Shown: piece by piece, positions 51,184 through 61,271 of the stretch
Layout of the letters: every line of letters starts with the position of its first letter
How positions within the stretch are numbered: the stretch's first letter is position 1
Origin: Cyanophyceae cyanobacterium
Lineage (GTDB): Bacteria; Cyanobacteriota; Cyanobacteriia; Cyanobacteriales; Laspinemataceae
NCBI GenBank assembly: GCA_038321985.1
Contig: JBBQFN010000008.1
Location: forward strand, 96,001 to 160,000
DNA length: 64,000 nt
Direction: 5' to 3'
Program-made: the position numbers and the translations under genes
The notes under the pieces: generated by a model
Seen by the model: the letters and a program-made list of their open reading frames with translations, nothing else
Database searches by the model: none
What the model was told of the DNA's origin: nothing

Positions 51184-52782
51184 ATGAAAACCAACGAGAA
51201 AAAGCCGCGGGGCTTGACAAAGTATTTGAAATATGCAGTCTGGTTTGGACTGGCCTTGACGATCGCCGGGTTGATTCCGGGGCTGTTTACTGGGTGGGAA
51301 CCTCTCACCAGCGGGCTGGTGATTGCAGGTTTGACCATCATGATTTTATGGCTGCTGTGGATGCTAACTAGCGCGGAAGGAGGATGGAACCTGCGATCGG
51401 CACAGGTGGGAACCAATGCCTTCGTTTCTACCCTATCAGTTCTAGTCATTTTAGGGCTGATTAATTTTCTGGGAGTCCGCTATACGGAGCGCTTTGACTT
51501 AACTGAAAATCAACGCTTTACTTTGGCCTCACAAACTCAACAACTGGTGCGAAACCTGCCCCAACCTGTTAAAGTTTGGGTCTTTGATCGCGCACCCGAA
51601 CGCGGGGATATTGACTTACTAGAAAATTATCGCCGCCAAGCGCCAGACTTATTTGATTTTCAATATGTTGATCCGGAAAAACAACCCACTGTGGCGCGGC
51701 AATTTAATGTTCAAAGTTTTGGGGAGGTGTATCTCGCATCAGAGGATGAGACGCGCCAGCAATTTGTACAAAGTGTGAATCCTGCTTCTTCTCTGTCGGA
51801 AGCGAAGCTGACCAGTAGTTTAGAACAGTTTACAAGCGATCGCACTTACAAAGTGTATTTCCTCCAGGGTCACGGGGAACGGTCTTTAGAAGCCGGACGA
51901 GGTAGTATCTCCCAGGCAGTCGCCAGCTTAGGCGAAAAAAACTTTATCACCGAACCCCTAAACTTAGCACGATTACCCCGGGTCCCCCCGGATGCCTCAG
52001 TAGTCGTGATTGCCGGACCGAAACAACCCTTATTTCCCAAGGAAGTCCAAGCGTTACAAGCCTATCTCCAACAAGGCGGAAGTCTGTTTGTGGCGATCGA
52101 TCCTGATACGAAACCCGGATTAGATCCGCTGCTGAAAGAGTGGGGAATCAATCTGGATCAAACCATTGCGATCGATAATTCGGGCAGTGGTGGACTCGTC
52201 GGATTAGGCCCTGCGGCCCCTTTAATTACTAACTACGGAGACCATCCCATTGTCCGCGACTTTCAAGGCGGTTATTCGTTTTATCCCCTAGCGCGTCCCC
52301 TTCAGCTAAGCGATGTTGAGGGCGTGGAGAGCACACCGCTGCTGCTGACTGGAGAACAAAGTTGGGCGGAGTCTACCCCAGAAGACCCGAACCTCAAGTT
52401 CGATCCTCAGACCGATCGCCCGGGACCTGTCCCCTTGGGGGTTGCCATGAAGAAATCGCTCAAGTCGGAAGCAGCCACCCCAGAAGCAGCCACTCCAGAA
52501 GAAACGACCGGAAGGGAAGCGAGACTCGTTGTGATTGGCAACTCAGAATTTGCGATTGATGGTAACTTTCAATTGCAATTAAATGGCGATGTTTTCCTCA
52601 ATTCTGTAAGCTGGCTGAGCAAACAAAATGAGCAAACCCTATCCATTCGTCCTAAAACTGTTCTGAACCGGCGGATTTCGATGACTCCGAAAGAAGCTCA
52701 GCAATTAGGTTGGGCCGCCGTAGGATTTTTACCCTTATTTGGATTGTTTACCGCCGCCAGTTTGTGGTGGAAACGACGTTAA
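51184..52782 (+). CDS. GldG-family ABC auxiliary protein
   Basis: RFDLTENQRFTLA, YVDP, VYFLQGHGE, VVIAGP and NSVSWL motifs. Confidence 0.9.
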   Translation: MKTNEKKPRGLTKYLKYAVWFGLALTIAGLIPGLFTGWEPLTSGLVIAGLTIMILWLLWMLTSAEGGWNLRSAQVGTNAFVSTLSVLVILGLINFLGVRYTERFDLTENQRFTLASQTQQLVRNLPQPVKVWVFDRAPERGDIDLLENYRRQAPDLFDFQYVDPEKQPTVARQFNVQSFGEVYLASEDETRQQFVQSVNPASSLSEAKLTSSLEQFTSDRTYKVYFLQGHGERSLEAGRGSISQAVASLGEKNFITEPLNLARLPRVPPDASVVVIAGPKQPLFPKEVQALQAYLQQGGSLFVAIDPDTKPGLDPLLKEWGINLDQTIAIDNSGSGGLVGLGPAAPLITNYGDHPIVRDFQGGYSFYPLARPLQLSDVEGVESTPLLLTGEQSWAESTPEDPNLKFDPQTDRPGPVPLGVAMKKSLKSEAATPEAATPEETTGREARLVVIGNSEFAIDGNFQLQLNGDVFLNSVSWLSKQNEQTLSIRPKTVLNRRISMTPKEAQQLGWAAVGFLPLFGLFTAASLWWKRR

Positions 52783-52807
52783 ATTTCGAGAATGAACGAC
52801 AAAAACG

Positions 52808-53773
52808 ATGAAATTTCAACGGTCTACTTTACTTCTGTTATTCCTGGCGGTCAGCTTTACAGGTGCGGTTTATTTCTATGAAGTTAATGTGGTGCCCTCT
52901 CAGGAAGCGGCCCAGGAAAATCAGAAGGAAATTTTTACCTTTCAAGAAGACCAGGTAAAATCTTTTGTGCTGACTACTCAGGAAAGAACATTGCGCTTTC
53001 AACGAGGGGCGATCGCAGAAAATAGAGAACCTGGAGAACCCCTTTGGATCGTGGAAGTCATCGAGACTGCACCGAATCCAGTCGAAACGCTTCCTCCCCA
53101 GACCGTGGAAACCCCAGAAACCCCAGAAACCCCAGAAACCCTAGAAACTGAAGAAATACCAGAAACCCTGGAAACTGAAGAAATACCAGAAACTGAAGAA
53201 ATACCAGTAACTCCCGAAACCCCAGTAACACCGGAAACTAATCCTGCGAATCCTCCTCCTATTCCCGCTACCTATCGTGCCAATGAAGCCTATGTTGCTT
53301 TCTTGTTGAATGAATTAGTCAGGGGAAAGAGCGATCGCGTTCTGAGAGCAACTCCCCAACAAATTAGAGATTACGGATTAGAAAATCCCCAGGCAACGAT
53401 CGCAATTACCCTAAAAACTGGAGAAAGCTATCAACTGGCAGTGGGTGAGCGAGACTTTACCGGCAGCAATCTTTACGCCCAAGTCGATCCCCGCCCGGGT
53501 GTTCTGGTTGCACAACCTGTTTTATTAGTTTCAACCAACTTAGAAAATGCAGTGGATCGCCCCTTAGAAGAATGGATTCAAACCCCGGAAGAAAGTATCG
53601 AAGAAAATCGGAACGTTCCTGAAACATTGCCGATGGAAGAACAGAATCAACAATTGCCAAATCCCAGCCTCTTTGACCCTTCTCCAGAACCGGAAGAACC
53701 AAATCAACAATTGCCAAATCCTAGCCTCTTCGACCCTTCTCCAGAACCGGAAGAACCAATTGATGCCGAATAA
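52808..53773 (+). CDS. DUF4340-like membrane-anchored protein with Glu/Thr/Pro repeats
   Basis: N-terminal TM, YGLENPQATI motif; position after gldG-like gene. Confidence 0.75.
   Translation: MKFQRSTLLLLFLAVSFTGAVYFYEVNVVPSQEAAQENQKEIFTFQEDQVKSFVLTTQERTLRFQRGAIAENREPGEPLWIVEVIETAPNPVETLPPQTVETPETPETPETLETEEIPETLETEEIPETEEIPVTPETPVTPETNPANPPPIPATYRANEAYVAFLLNELVRGKSDRVLRATPQQIRDYGLENPQATIAITLKTGESYQLAVGERDFTGSNLYAQVDPRPGVLVAQPVLLVSTNLENAVDRPLEEWIQTPEESIEENRNVPETLPMEEQNQQLPNPSLFDPSPEPEEPNQQLPNPSLFDPSPEPEEPIDAE
53645..53758 (+). repeat. Coding tandem duplication, 2 x 57 bp (NQQLPNPSLFDPSPEPEEP)
   Basis: Copies start at 53645 and 53702 and differ at two synonymous positions. Confidence 0.9.
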
Positions 53774-53886
53774 AGAGGGGTTCCCCTACCCTTTCCGTTA
53801 AAGCAATTCAGGAATTGCCCCTATTTTCTGGGGGTAATGCCTAAGTCCGGTTTCTATTTAACCTAATATTTATCCCCTGTTCACTG

Positions 53887-54744
53887 ATGACCAGCCCAAC
53901 TGCAACTTTACTCATTTCTTGTCCCGATCGCCGGGGATTAGTCGCTACAATTGCCAATTTTATCTATTCCCATAATGGAAATATCATTCATGCGGATCAT
54001 CATACGGATTTTGCTGCCGGTTTATTTCTGACCCGCATCGAGTGGCAACTGGACGGATTCGATCTCCCCCGGAAGGCGATCGCCTCTACCTTCCAGGAAA
54101 CCATTGCTGACCCCCTCGATGCCAATTGGCAACTCCATTTTTCCGACACCATACCTCGTCTGTCGATTTGGGTGAGTCGGCAAGATCATTGTTTGTTAGA
54201 TTTACTGTGGCGGCAAAAGGCCAAAGAATTTCATTCAGAAATCCCTCTCATTATCAGCAATCATCCGGATTTAGAAGAAATTGCTCAACAGTTTGGAGCG
54301 GATTTTTATTGTCTTTCGATTACGAACGAAAACAAAGCCGTTCAGGAAGCGAAACAACTTGAATTATTGAACCATTATAATATTGATATCGTGGTTTTGG
54401 CAAAATATATGCAGGTTCTAACGGCAGATTTTCTGAGGAAATCTCCCAATGTAATTAACATTCATCATTCATTCTTGCCTGCTTTTGCTGGAGCAAAACC
54501 CTATCATAAAGCCTATAAACGGGGGGTAAAAATTATTGGAGCCACTGCACATTATGTGACCGCAGAACTAGATGCAGGACCCATTATTGAGCAAGATGTA
54601 GTCCGCGTCAGTCATCGCGATGAGGTAGCCGATTTAATTAGGAAAGGAAAAGATTTAGAACGGATGGTGTTAGCCAGGGCGGTACGTCTGCATTTACAAA
54701 ATCGCGTCTTGGTGTATGGCGATCGCACGGTAGTCTTTGGTTAA
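53887..54744 (+). CDS. purU: Formyltetrahydrofolate deformylase
   Basis: ACT domain SCPDRRGLVA; VLAKYMQVL, INIHHSFLPAF.GAKPY, LDAGPIIEQ. Confidence 0.97.
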   Translation: MTSPTATLLISCPDRRGLVATIANFIYSHNGNIIHADHHTDFAAGLFLTRIEWQLDGFDLPRKAIASTFQETIADPLDANWQLHFSDTIPRLSIWVSRQDHCLLDLLWRQKAKEFHSEIPLIISNHPDLEEIAQQFGADFYCLSITNENKAVQEAKQLELLNHYNIDIVVLAKYMQVLTADFLRKSPNVINIHHSFLPAFAGAKPYHKAYKRGVKIIGATAHYVTAELDAGPIIEQDVVRVSHRDEVADLIRKGKDLERMVLARAVRLHLQNRVLVYGDRTVVFG

Positions 54745-54829
54745 CCCTACAACCTCATATTAGAAATTGAGCAATCAATTACCGGGGGTCCCTGAGTTGG
54801 CTCCTGGATAATTTCTCCCTTTTTCAGAT

Positions 54830-55273
54830 TTATTTGGAATTGCCACTTACTTTAGGTTTCCCCGTGTAATGCTGAATTACTTTAACCCACAGCCATCCGC
54901 AGAAACAGCCAATAAAGTAATAGAAAAAATCCCAACTAACAAAAGTAGTTCCTAATACTAATTTTCCGGGTAATGTGGCCCGAATGGCTTGTAAAAATGG
55001 CGGATGCCAAAGCTGGAGAACTTCTAAGATGCAGGTTGTAATCAAAACTGCGATCGCCGCCGAACCTTTAGTAATTTGCGGCCAGATAAATACCACTAGC
55101 AGAATCCAAAAGATTTCATAAGGAATACTGCCAAATGAATCATTCAGCCATGCTTGACCCGGACCTCGATAAAATTTAGTTAATAAGCCAAAGGGGACAA
55201 TAATGGCTAGACTAATCAACAAGGCAATGCGGTATTGGAAGAAACGATGACGCCGGGAAAAAAGAGAACTCAT
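54830..55273 (-). CDS. DUF2809-like membrane protein
   Basis: TKFYRGPGQ.W.ND...YEIFW...LEVLQLW...LVLGTTF..WD pattern. Confidence 0.75.
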   Translation of the reverse strand: MSSLFSRRHRFFQYRIALLISLAIIVPFGLLTKFYRGPGQAWLNDSFGSIPYEIFWILLVVFIWPQITKGSAAIAVLITTCILEVLQLWHPPFLQAIRATLPGKLVLGTTFVSWDFFYYFIGCFCGWLWVKVIQHYTGKPKVSGNSK

Positions 55274-55558
55274 AGCAGATAAGGTTTTTAATATTTGGGT
55301 ACGAGATTCTAATACGCTAATTCATTTTTATAACAACTACCCCTCCATCGTCAAGCCTAAGACTACAGCAGCTAAGTCCCCTTACAGGGGTTAGAGCAAA
55401 TTTTTTTGTAACAGAAGTTAGTATAAATATTTCCCAAATAGGATAAAATGGTGATTAAAAATATGTAAAAAAAGACCGAGGTAGAAATTAAGCCCGGTTT
55501 TCCAAAATTTAGAGGGTTATTACTCTCTCAACTTTCTAACCCTAGTGCTTTTAAAGAA

Positions 55559-56113
55559 ATGACTTATTTTAGCGGATTAAAAGAATTTATCGCATCCTGG
55601 GACGATCGCTTTGTCGAAGAAAACCCAACCGAGACCTTTCGAGAAAGTCCCCTTGGTAATATTAACACCGATGGGTCTGCCGCTTGTGCGGATTCCCCAA
55701 TTTTATCTAAATACCATCGCAAGTTTAAAAAATCCATCGAGCCCGGTGTCCGAGACTTAACCATTGCCTTGATTCTCAAACTCAACTGCATCACTTATTC
55801 CAGTTGTCAAGGGCATTTTTCAGCCTCAAAATCGCCGATGCGGCCTCGATATGTGGGTATTCTACCCCGCGATCTGGCTGAGTATCAGGATTTATTTAAT
55901 CACTTAAAAACTCTGTCAGACCTCACCAATGCCCAGTTACCCAAAAATCCGGTTCAAGTTGTCCTAACTCCAGATACTCTAGAATCAGAAAATTTCGGGA
56001 TGCCTTGTTTTAATCTGTTTTTTATCTCCCAATCTCCCGATGAATCGATCTATTTTCAAGAAGTGGAAGGGGTGTATCAAACCTTTTTAAAATTGCTGAG
56101 CGATCGCGTATAA
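55559..56113 (+). CDS. Hypothetical protein with TYSSCQGH motif (possible TYW3-like fold)
   Basis: 184-aa ATG ORF; IEPGVRDL...NCITYSSCQGH. Confidence 0.7.
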   Translation: MTYFSGLKEFIASWDDRFVEENPTETFRESPLGNINTDGSAACADSPILSKYHRKFKKSIEPGVRDLTIALILKLNCITYSSCQGHFSASKSPMRPRYVGILPRDLAEYQDLFNHLKTLSDLTNAQLPKNPVQVVLTPDTLESENFGMPCFNLFFISQSPDESIYFQEVEGVYQTFLKLLSDRV

Positions 56114-56143
56114 TACTAAACCCATGAATTTAGGATAGCAGCT

Positions 56144-56347
56144 ATGACAGAAATTCCTCGGCAATTGAGTGATGATGAACTGAATGATTGGCAGTTTCGG
56201 CTCACTGAAGCAAACCGCCTGAATATTTTTTGCCACTGTCGTCGCTGTGAGGAAGAATGGGTGGATTCTGTGGATGATGCTCCTTGTAAATCCTGTGGCA
56301 CTCACGATGTAGAGCATATTTCCTGTTGGCAGTTTCCCGATGGATGA
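56144..56347 (+). CDS. Small Cys-rich putative zinc-ribbon protein
   Basis: CHCRRC...W...CKSCG...CWQFPD; 30 bp after the preceding ORF. Confidence 0.7.
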   Translation: MTEIPRQLSDDELNDWQFRLTEANRLNIFCHCRRCEEEWVDSVDDAPCKSCGTHDVEHISCWQFPDG

Positions 56348-56578
56348 TTGAGGGCTGAATTGGGTTATTTCAGGAATTTCTGAGGTCAAAGGCCGGATAA
56401 AATCTGCCCTTGGGTAGAAGTGGTTAACCCTGAAATTGGTTAGGCTTTGTAAAAGGGTAAAAGGTTATTTTATTGATTTTTAACCGTAAAACCTAACTCC
56501 AGAACTTGCGGAGCTTGATTTGGAGTAAAAGGGTTCACAAAAGTTGCTAATTTAATTTACTGATTTTAAAGGAGAATT

Positions 56579-57028
56579 ATGACTAAAAATAAACAAGAAA
56601 AACTGAAAAAGATGGCCCAAGAAGAGGGCAGTGTAGAAGATTTACCCCAAGGTCAAACTGAATCGTTGGGAACCGGAGCACACGAGGGCGCGGGACATAA
56701 TATCGGAAGTCGCAGCCTGAAAAATAAAATGAAGCAATATACCCATACCAGTCCCGAATTGACGGGCGGTGATGTGGATGCGGCATGGTCGGAAGCTCAG
56801 AATGTGGGGGACGAAGCAGTGGGGGGAACGGCACCCACTCCGGACCAAAATATTGTAGATCAAATCGGTGCAGCAGCAGGAGTGGAACAGGATGATCGCC
56901 AACCCTTGCGGATTCGGGACGAATTGTCAGAACGAGATGAAGAACGCTGGGAATTAGACCCGGAGTCTTCAGAAGAGTATGAAGTCCGGCGCGATAGTGG
57001 GGTGGATGATCCTCTCGGTCAACTGTAG
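56579..57028 (+). CDS. Acidic DUF6335-like protein
   Basis: Good RBS (aaggag); SPELTGGDVDAAW...VGDEAVGGTAPTPDQ..VD..G...RWELDPES. Confidence 0.75.
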   Translation: MTKNKQEKLKKMAQEEGSVEDLPQGQTESLGTGAHEGAGHNIGSRSLKNKMKQYTHTSPELTGGDVDAAWSEAQNVGDEAVGGTAPTPDQNIVDQIGAAAGVEQDDRQPLRIRDELSERDEERWELDPESSEEYEVRRDSGVDDPLGQL

Positions 57029-57060
57029 TTATTTAGAGTGACCCGGCAATTTTAAGTGAG

Positions 57061-57088
57061 AGAGCGATCGCGCGATCGCTCTTTTTTT
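57061..57088 (+). terminator. Putative intrinsic terminator built from two adjacent HIP1 sites
   Basis: agagcgatcgc|gcgatcgctct 22-bp palindrome followed by a T run. Confidence 0.55.
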
Positions 57089-57362
57089 GTTGATCCCGAG
57101 GAGTCGCCTTCCTTGAGGGCGATCGTTGGTTATTTCTTCCCGGAGGCAAATTAGAAATTCGTCATTGCGAATGGTCATAATCTGAGTGAAAAAATTAAAA
57201 GGTTTTATTTTTGCACCAGTCAGAATACAATGAAATCCAACCCCAGGTCTCCCGGATATTTCTTAATTTCTCTCTCCAGTTGGATGGGCATTTTTTGTCC
57301 TTTTTTTAAACTTTATACATTTGAGTAATTCCATCCACAGATTAAATTTCCCTAAATCGGCT

Positions 57363-58820
57363 ATGACACAGAGCAAACTGACGATCGCCTTTCCCTTAAA
57401 AAAGCCCCCATTTGCCGACTATCTTCCCGAGGGTCAACTCTCCGGAAATTCCCTAGTTCTTCCCAATGGTAAACTCTCTAAACGGGCGATTCGCAATAGC
57501 TTACAAGCCTCTACCCTCGATGGTGTGTTTGCTACATTTTTCTCCTGCGCTACGGGCGGCGTCTTGCTCAGTAATTTTTTACTGGATCTCGGCGCAAGTA
57601 ACTTTGAAATCGGCTTACTTGCATCAATCCCGATGCTAGTCAATTTTCTGCAACCTATAGGGGCCTATCTGGGCGATCGCACAACGAGCCGTCACTGGTA
57701 CACGCTCTCAATATTTAGCATTTCCCGGCTGCTGTGGCTGTTTTTATTCCTGGGAATTGGCTGGTTTCTATTGGATCCCCGGCAAGCGCATCACCTGATT
57801 TTAGGAACCCTGGTGATCGTGGCCCTCACCCATTTTTTGGGGGCTTTAGGCAGTCCCTCCTGGGTGAGTTGGATGGCAGCATTAGTCCCCCATCGTTTGC
57901 GGGGACGTTATTTTGGGTTTCGCAACAGTGCCGCCAATCTCACTAATTTGCTGGCAATGCCAGTATTAGGGGTGATGGTTTCTCAATGGGACGGTGGGAC
58001 CATTGAAGGCTATGGGATTATTTTGGGTGTGGCGATCGCCGCTGGCGTGATCAGCTTGTGCTTTCAGTTTTTGATGGCGGATGTTAACCCCCAAAGTTGG
58101 GGAAGCGACTGCCCAACCCTCAAAAAAACTGAAGCGAATCCCGAACCATCCCCTGTCGCCCTGCCGAGCTTTCTCAAAGATAAAAATTTCCGGATGTTTC
58201 TGCTTTATTTTGGCTTTTGGATGTTTGCCGTTAACCTGAGCGCCCCATTTTTTAATCTGTATTTACTTAAAGATTTAGAACTCGATGTGAGTTGGGTGAC
58301 GCTGTACAGCAGCCTCTCTGCGGGTGCCAATTTGCTGATGTTGCCCCTATGGGGAAAATTGGCCGATCGCCTGGGAAATCGTCCCCTCTTGCTTTTAGTG
58401 GGTATCCTAGTCGCCGTGACGCCCCTGCTCTGGTTGGTAACCGGAACTCATGGGGTGCTGTTGTGGGTGGGGTTGCCGGTGTTGCACCTGATTGGGGGTG
58501 CAACTTGGGCAGCGATCGATTTGTGTGGGAGTAACATTCAGATGGAAATTGCCCCGGCTAAACAGCCTTCGAGTTATTTTGCGATCGCCGCTGCGGTAAG
58601 TGGTTTAGCCGGTGCAGTCGGGACCACCCTCGGAGGCGTTATCGCCACCCAATCCGCCTTCGGAGGGTTCGCCGGATTATTTGCTCTCTCCGCTGTTTTG
58701 CGACTCTTGGCCCTGTTTCCCTTGTTTTTTCTTCAAGAACCGCGTAGCCAAAGCCTCCGCCAGATACTTGACAATTTCGCTACTTTACGGGTGGGACAGC
58801 GTTTAAAATCCGATTCATAA
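57363..58820 (+). CDS. MFS transporter
   Basis: About 12 hydrophobic segments; WGKLADRLGNRP (MFS motif A); start uncertain. Confidence 0.9.
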   Translation: MTQSKLTIAFPLKKPPFADYLPEGQLSGNSLVLPNGKLSKRAIRNSLQASTLDGVFATFFSCATGGVLLSNFLLDLGASNFEIGLLASIPMLVNFLQPIGAYLGDRTTSRHWYTLSIFSISRLLWLFLFLGIGWFLLDPRQAHHLILGTLVIVALTHFLGALGSPSWVSWMAALVPHRLRGRYFGFRNSAANLTNLLAMPVLGVMVSQWDGGTIEGYGIILGVAIAAGVISLCFQFLMADVNPQSWGSDCPTLKKTEANPEPSPVALPSFLKDKNFRMFLLYFGFWMFAVNLSAPFFNLYLLKDLELDVSWVTLYSSLSAGANLLMLPLWGKLADRLGNRPLLLLVGILVAVTPLLWLVTGTHGVLLWVGLPVLHLIGGATWAAIDLCGSNIQMEIAPAKQPSSYFAIAAAVSGLAGAVGTTLGGVIATQSAFGGFAGLFALSAVLRLLALFPLFFLQEPRSQSLRQILDNFATLRVGQRLKSDS

Positions 58821-58888
58821 GGGCATAATAATAAAAAGTATCGGCTATTACATTCAGGACGGCCCAGCCTTACCCGAGAGCGAGATTC

Positions 58889-60154
58889 ATGTCACGATTT
58901 TATAGGCTTCTGTGCCAGTGGGCGATCGTCTTGCTCCTGGTTTTCAGCATCACCGCCTGCGGCAACTCCCCGGGTGAGGAGGTTACTACTCTCACCCTCA
59001 GTGGGTGGCAAAGCAGCCCTGTAGAAAAACAGCTTCTCGAACAGCTACTCCAGGACTTTGAAGCCACCCACCCGCAGATTAAAGTCAACTATGAAGTAAT
59101 CACCGATCAGTATTCTGACGTGATCAAAACGCGGTTAATTGGGGATGCGGCTCCGGATATCTTTTATTTAGATACCCTAGAAGCACCTTTACTGATGCAT
59201 CGCGGGGTTTTAGAACCTTTAGATCGCTATATTCCCCCAGAATTTAATCTGGGAGATTTTCAACCGGCGATGCTTAATGCCTTTAAATCTGAGGGAAAAC
59301 TTTATGGTTTACCGAAAGATTTTTCTACCCTGGCGCTCTATTACAATACCGAATATTTTGAACAAGCCGGGTTAAAGGAACCTCCTAAAACTTGGGCGCA
59401 ATTACAGGAGTATTCCGAGAAATTAACGGTTAGACGCAGCCGCGATCGACGCATCCAGCGTTATGGATATGGCATGGTTCCGGAATTAACCCGTCAAGCC
59501 TTTGTGATTCGCGCCTTTGGAGGTCAATTTGTCGATCGCAAAGGATTCGCCGCATTTGCCCACCCTAAAGCCTTAAAAGGACTTACACCTGTTATCGAAC
59601 AATATCAACAAGCACGAACCGCAGGCATCCCTTCCGATACCGGCGCAAGTAACCTCAGCGAAATGTTTGGACAGGGAAAAGCGGCCATGGTTCTCGATGG
59701 CAATTGGGCCATTCCTTATCTACAAGAAACTTTCCCAAACCTCAAATTTGCGATCGCCCCCGTCCCCACAATTAACGGGAAAAAAGGCACAATGGCATTT
59801 ACTGTGGCTTATGTGATGAACAAACAATCCACCCACAAAGATGAAGCCTGGGAACTGATTTCTTATCTGACCGGAAAAGAAGGCATGAAAGCCTGGGCAA
59901 ATGGCGGATTGATTTTGCCCACCCGCAAATCCCTCCTCGTACAACTGGGATATGTTAATAATCCCCTCTATGCTCCCTTTGTCACCGGGACAGAAGATGC
60001 CACACTCTGGCAAGCGGGAGAAAATTTATCCCTAGTTAACCAAAATTTTAATAATCAGTTTCTCAGTGCTTTATTAGGGGAACAATCTCTATCAGAGGCA
60101 ATGAAAAAAGCCCAAGCCACGGCCAATCAAGAAATCCAATCTAGTCGCTATTAA
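58889..60154 (+). CDS. Carbohydrate ABC transporter substrate-binding lipoprotein
   Basis: Lipobox ITAC; APDIF, YGLPKD, LYYN, PPKTW and DGNW motifs. Confidence 0.92.
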   Translation: MSRFYRLLCQWAIVLLLVFSITACGNSPGEEVTTLTLSGWQSSPVEKQLLEQLLQDFEATHPQIKVNYEVITDQYSDVIKTRLIGDAAPDIFYLDTLEAPLLMHRGVLEPLDRYIPPEFNLGDFQPAMLNAFKSEGKLYGLPKDFSTLALYYNTEYFEQAGLKEPPKTWAQLQEYSEKLTVRRSRDRRIQRYGYGMVPELTRQAFVIRAFGGQFVDRKGFAAFAHPKALKGLTPVIEQYQQARTAGIPSDTGASNLSEMFGQGKAAMVLDGNWAIPYLQETFPNLKFAIAPVPTINGKKGTMAFTVAYVMNKQSTHKDEAWELISYLTGKEGMKAWANGGLILPTRKSLLVQLGYVNNPLYAPFVTGTEDATLWQAGENLSLVNQNFNNQFLSALLGEQSLSEAMKKAQATANQEIQSSRY

Positions 60155-60244
60155 AGATTGGAATCAGGGCAGCAATGCAGTCGGAGCCAGTGGTAAAGAA
60201 AGACATTAAAAAAGGTACTTCCTCCACCCTTTTTTCCTTGACCT

Positions 60245-61198
60245 ATGACCCATACCCCCCTTAAACCCATGCCAACTCAGTCGCTCACTCCAGAGACTTC
60301 CCTGCCTAAAAAAGCCCGGAATTATCAGCGGTCAACTTCCCTATCCGGTTATCTATTCATGACCCCCGCCTTGATGATTTTAGGGGTGTTTTTGGGGCTA
60401 CCCATTTTGTATGCAATTTTCCTCTCTTTTCACAAGGTAGAAATTTTAGGAGAAATGAGTTATCGCTTCGTTCACCTGCGAAATTTTACTCGGCTGATGG
60501 ACGATGAACGGGTAGGGATTGCCCTAAAAAATACGGCGGAATATGTGTTAATTGTCGTTCCGATTCAGACTATTCTAGCTTTGATGTTAGCCTTGGTTCT
60601 CAACGCCCAAATTCGCGGAAAAAACCTGTTTCGGGTGATGTTTTTCCTACCGACGATTACCTCATCTGCGGTGTTAACCCTAATTTTTATGTGGATTTAC
60701 AACGCGGATGGATTACTCAATTATTTTTTAGAGGGGTTGGGTTTACCGACTTACAATTGGTTAGGAGACCCAAATATTGCGCTTAAATCAATTATGCTCA
60801 TGAATATTTGGGCAACTGCCCCATTTTTTATGGTGATTTATTTGGCTGCCCTCCAGGATATTCCCGAGTCACTTTATGAGGCGGCAAAAATTGATGGGGC
60901 GAATGGGGGCGATCGCTTTTTTAATATTACCTTGCCCTTACTCAAACCCGTGACTTTCTTTATCGTGGTTATGGGGATTATCGGCACCTTTCAACTCTTT
61001 GACCAATCCTATATTTTCTCCGGGGGGTCTGGGGGTCCTAACAACTCTACTTTAACCGTTGTGCTGCTGATTTATCAGTATGCGTTTAAGAGTTTAGAGA
61101 TGGGATATGCCGCAGCTTTAGCCCTATTATTAGCAACGGCGATCGTCTTAGCCACCCTCGTGCAACGGTATTTATTTAAAGAAGAGGTGCCTCAGTAA
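60245..61198 (+). CDS. Carbohydrate ABC transporter permease
   Basis: EAA motif LYEAAKIDGA; ITLPLLKP. Confidence 0.93.
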   Translation: MTHTPLKPMPTQSLTPETSLPKKARNYQRSTSLSGYLFMTPALMILGVFLGLPILYAIFLSFHKVEILGEMSYRFVHLRNFTRLMDDERVGIALKNTAEYVLIVVPIQTILALMLALVLNAQIRGKNLFRVMFFLPTITSSAVLTLIFMWIYNADGLLNYFLEGLGLPTYNWLGDPNIALKSIMLMNIWATAPFFMVIYLAALQDIPESLYEAAKIDGANGGDRFFNITLPLLKPVTFFIVVMGIIGTFQLFDQSYIFSGGSGGPNNSTLTVVLLIYQYAFKSLEMGYAAALALLLATAIVLATLVQRYLFKEEVPQ

Positions 61199-61271
61199 TT
61201 AAAATAAACTGCTTGTCAAATTACCCAGAGATACCCCCCCGCCCCTCTTCTGAAGGGGGAGTTTCAGAAGG

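Noticed and set aside
45811..53758. Both coding tandem repeats have a 57-bp period
   Set aside because: The unit sequences are unrelated apart from Glu/Pro richness; most likely coincidence.
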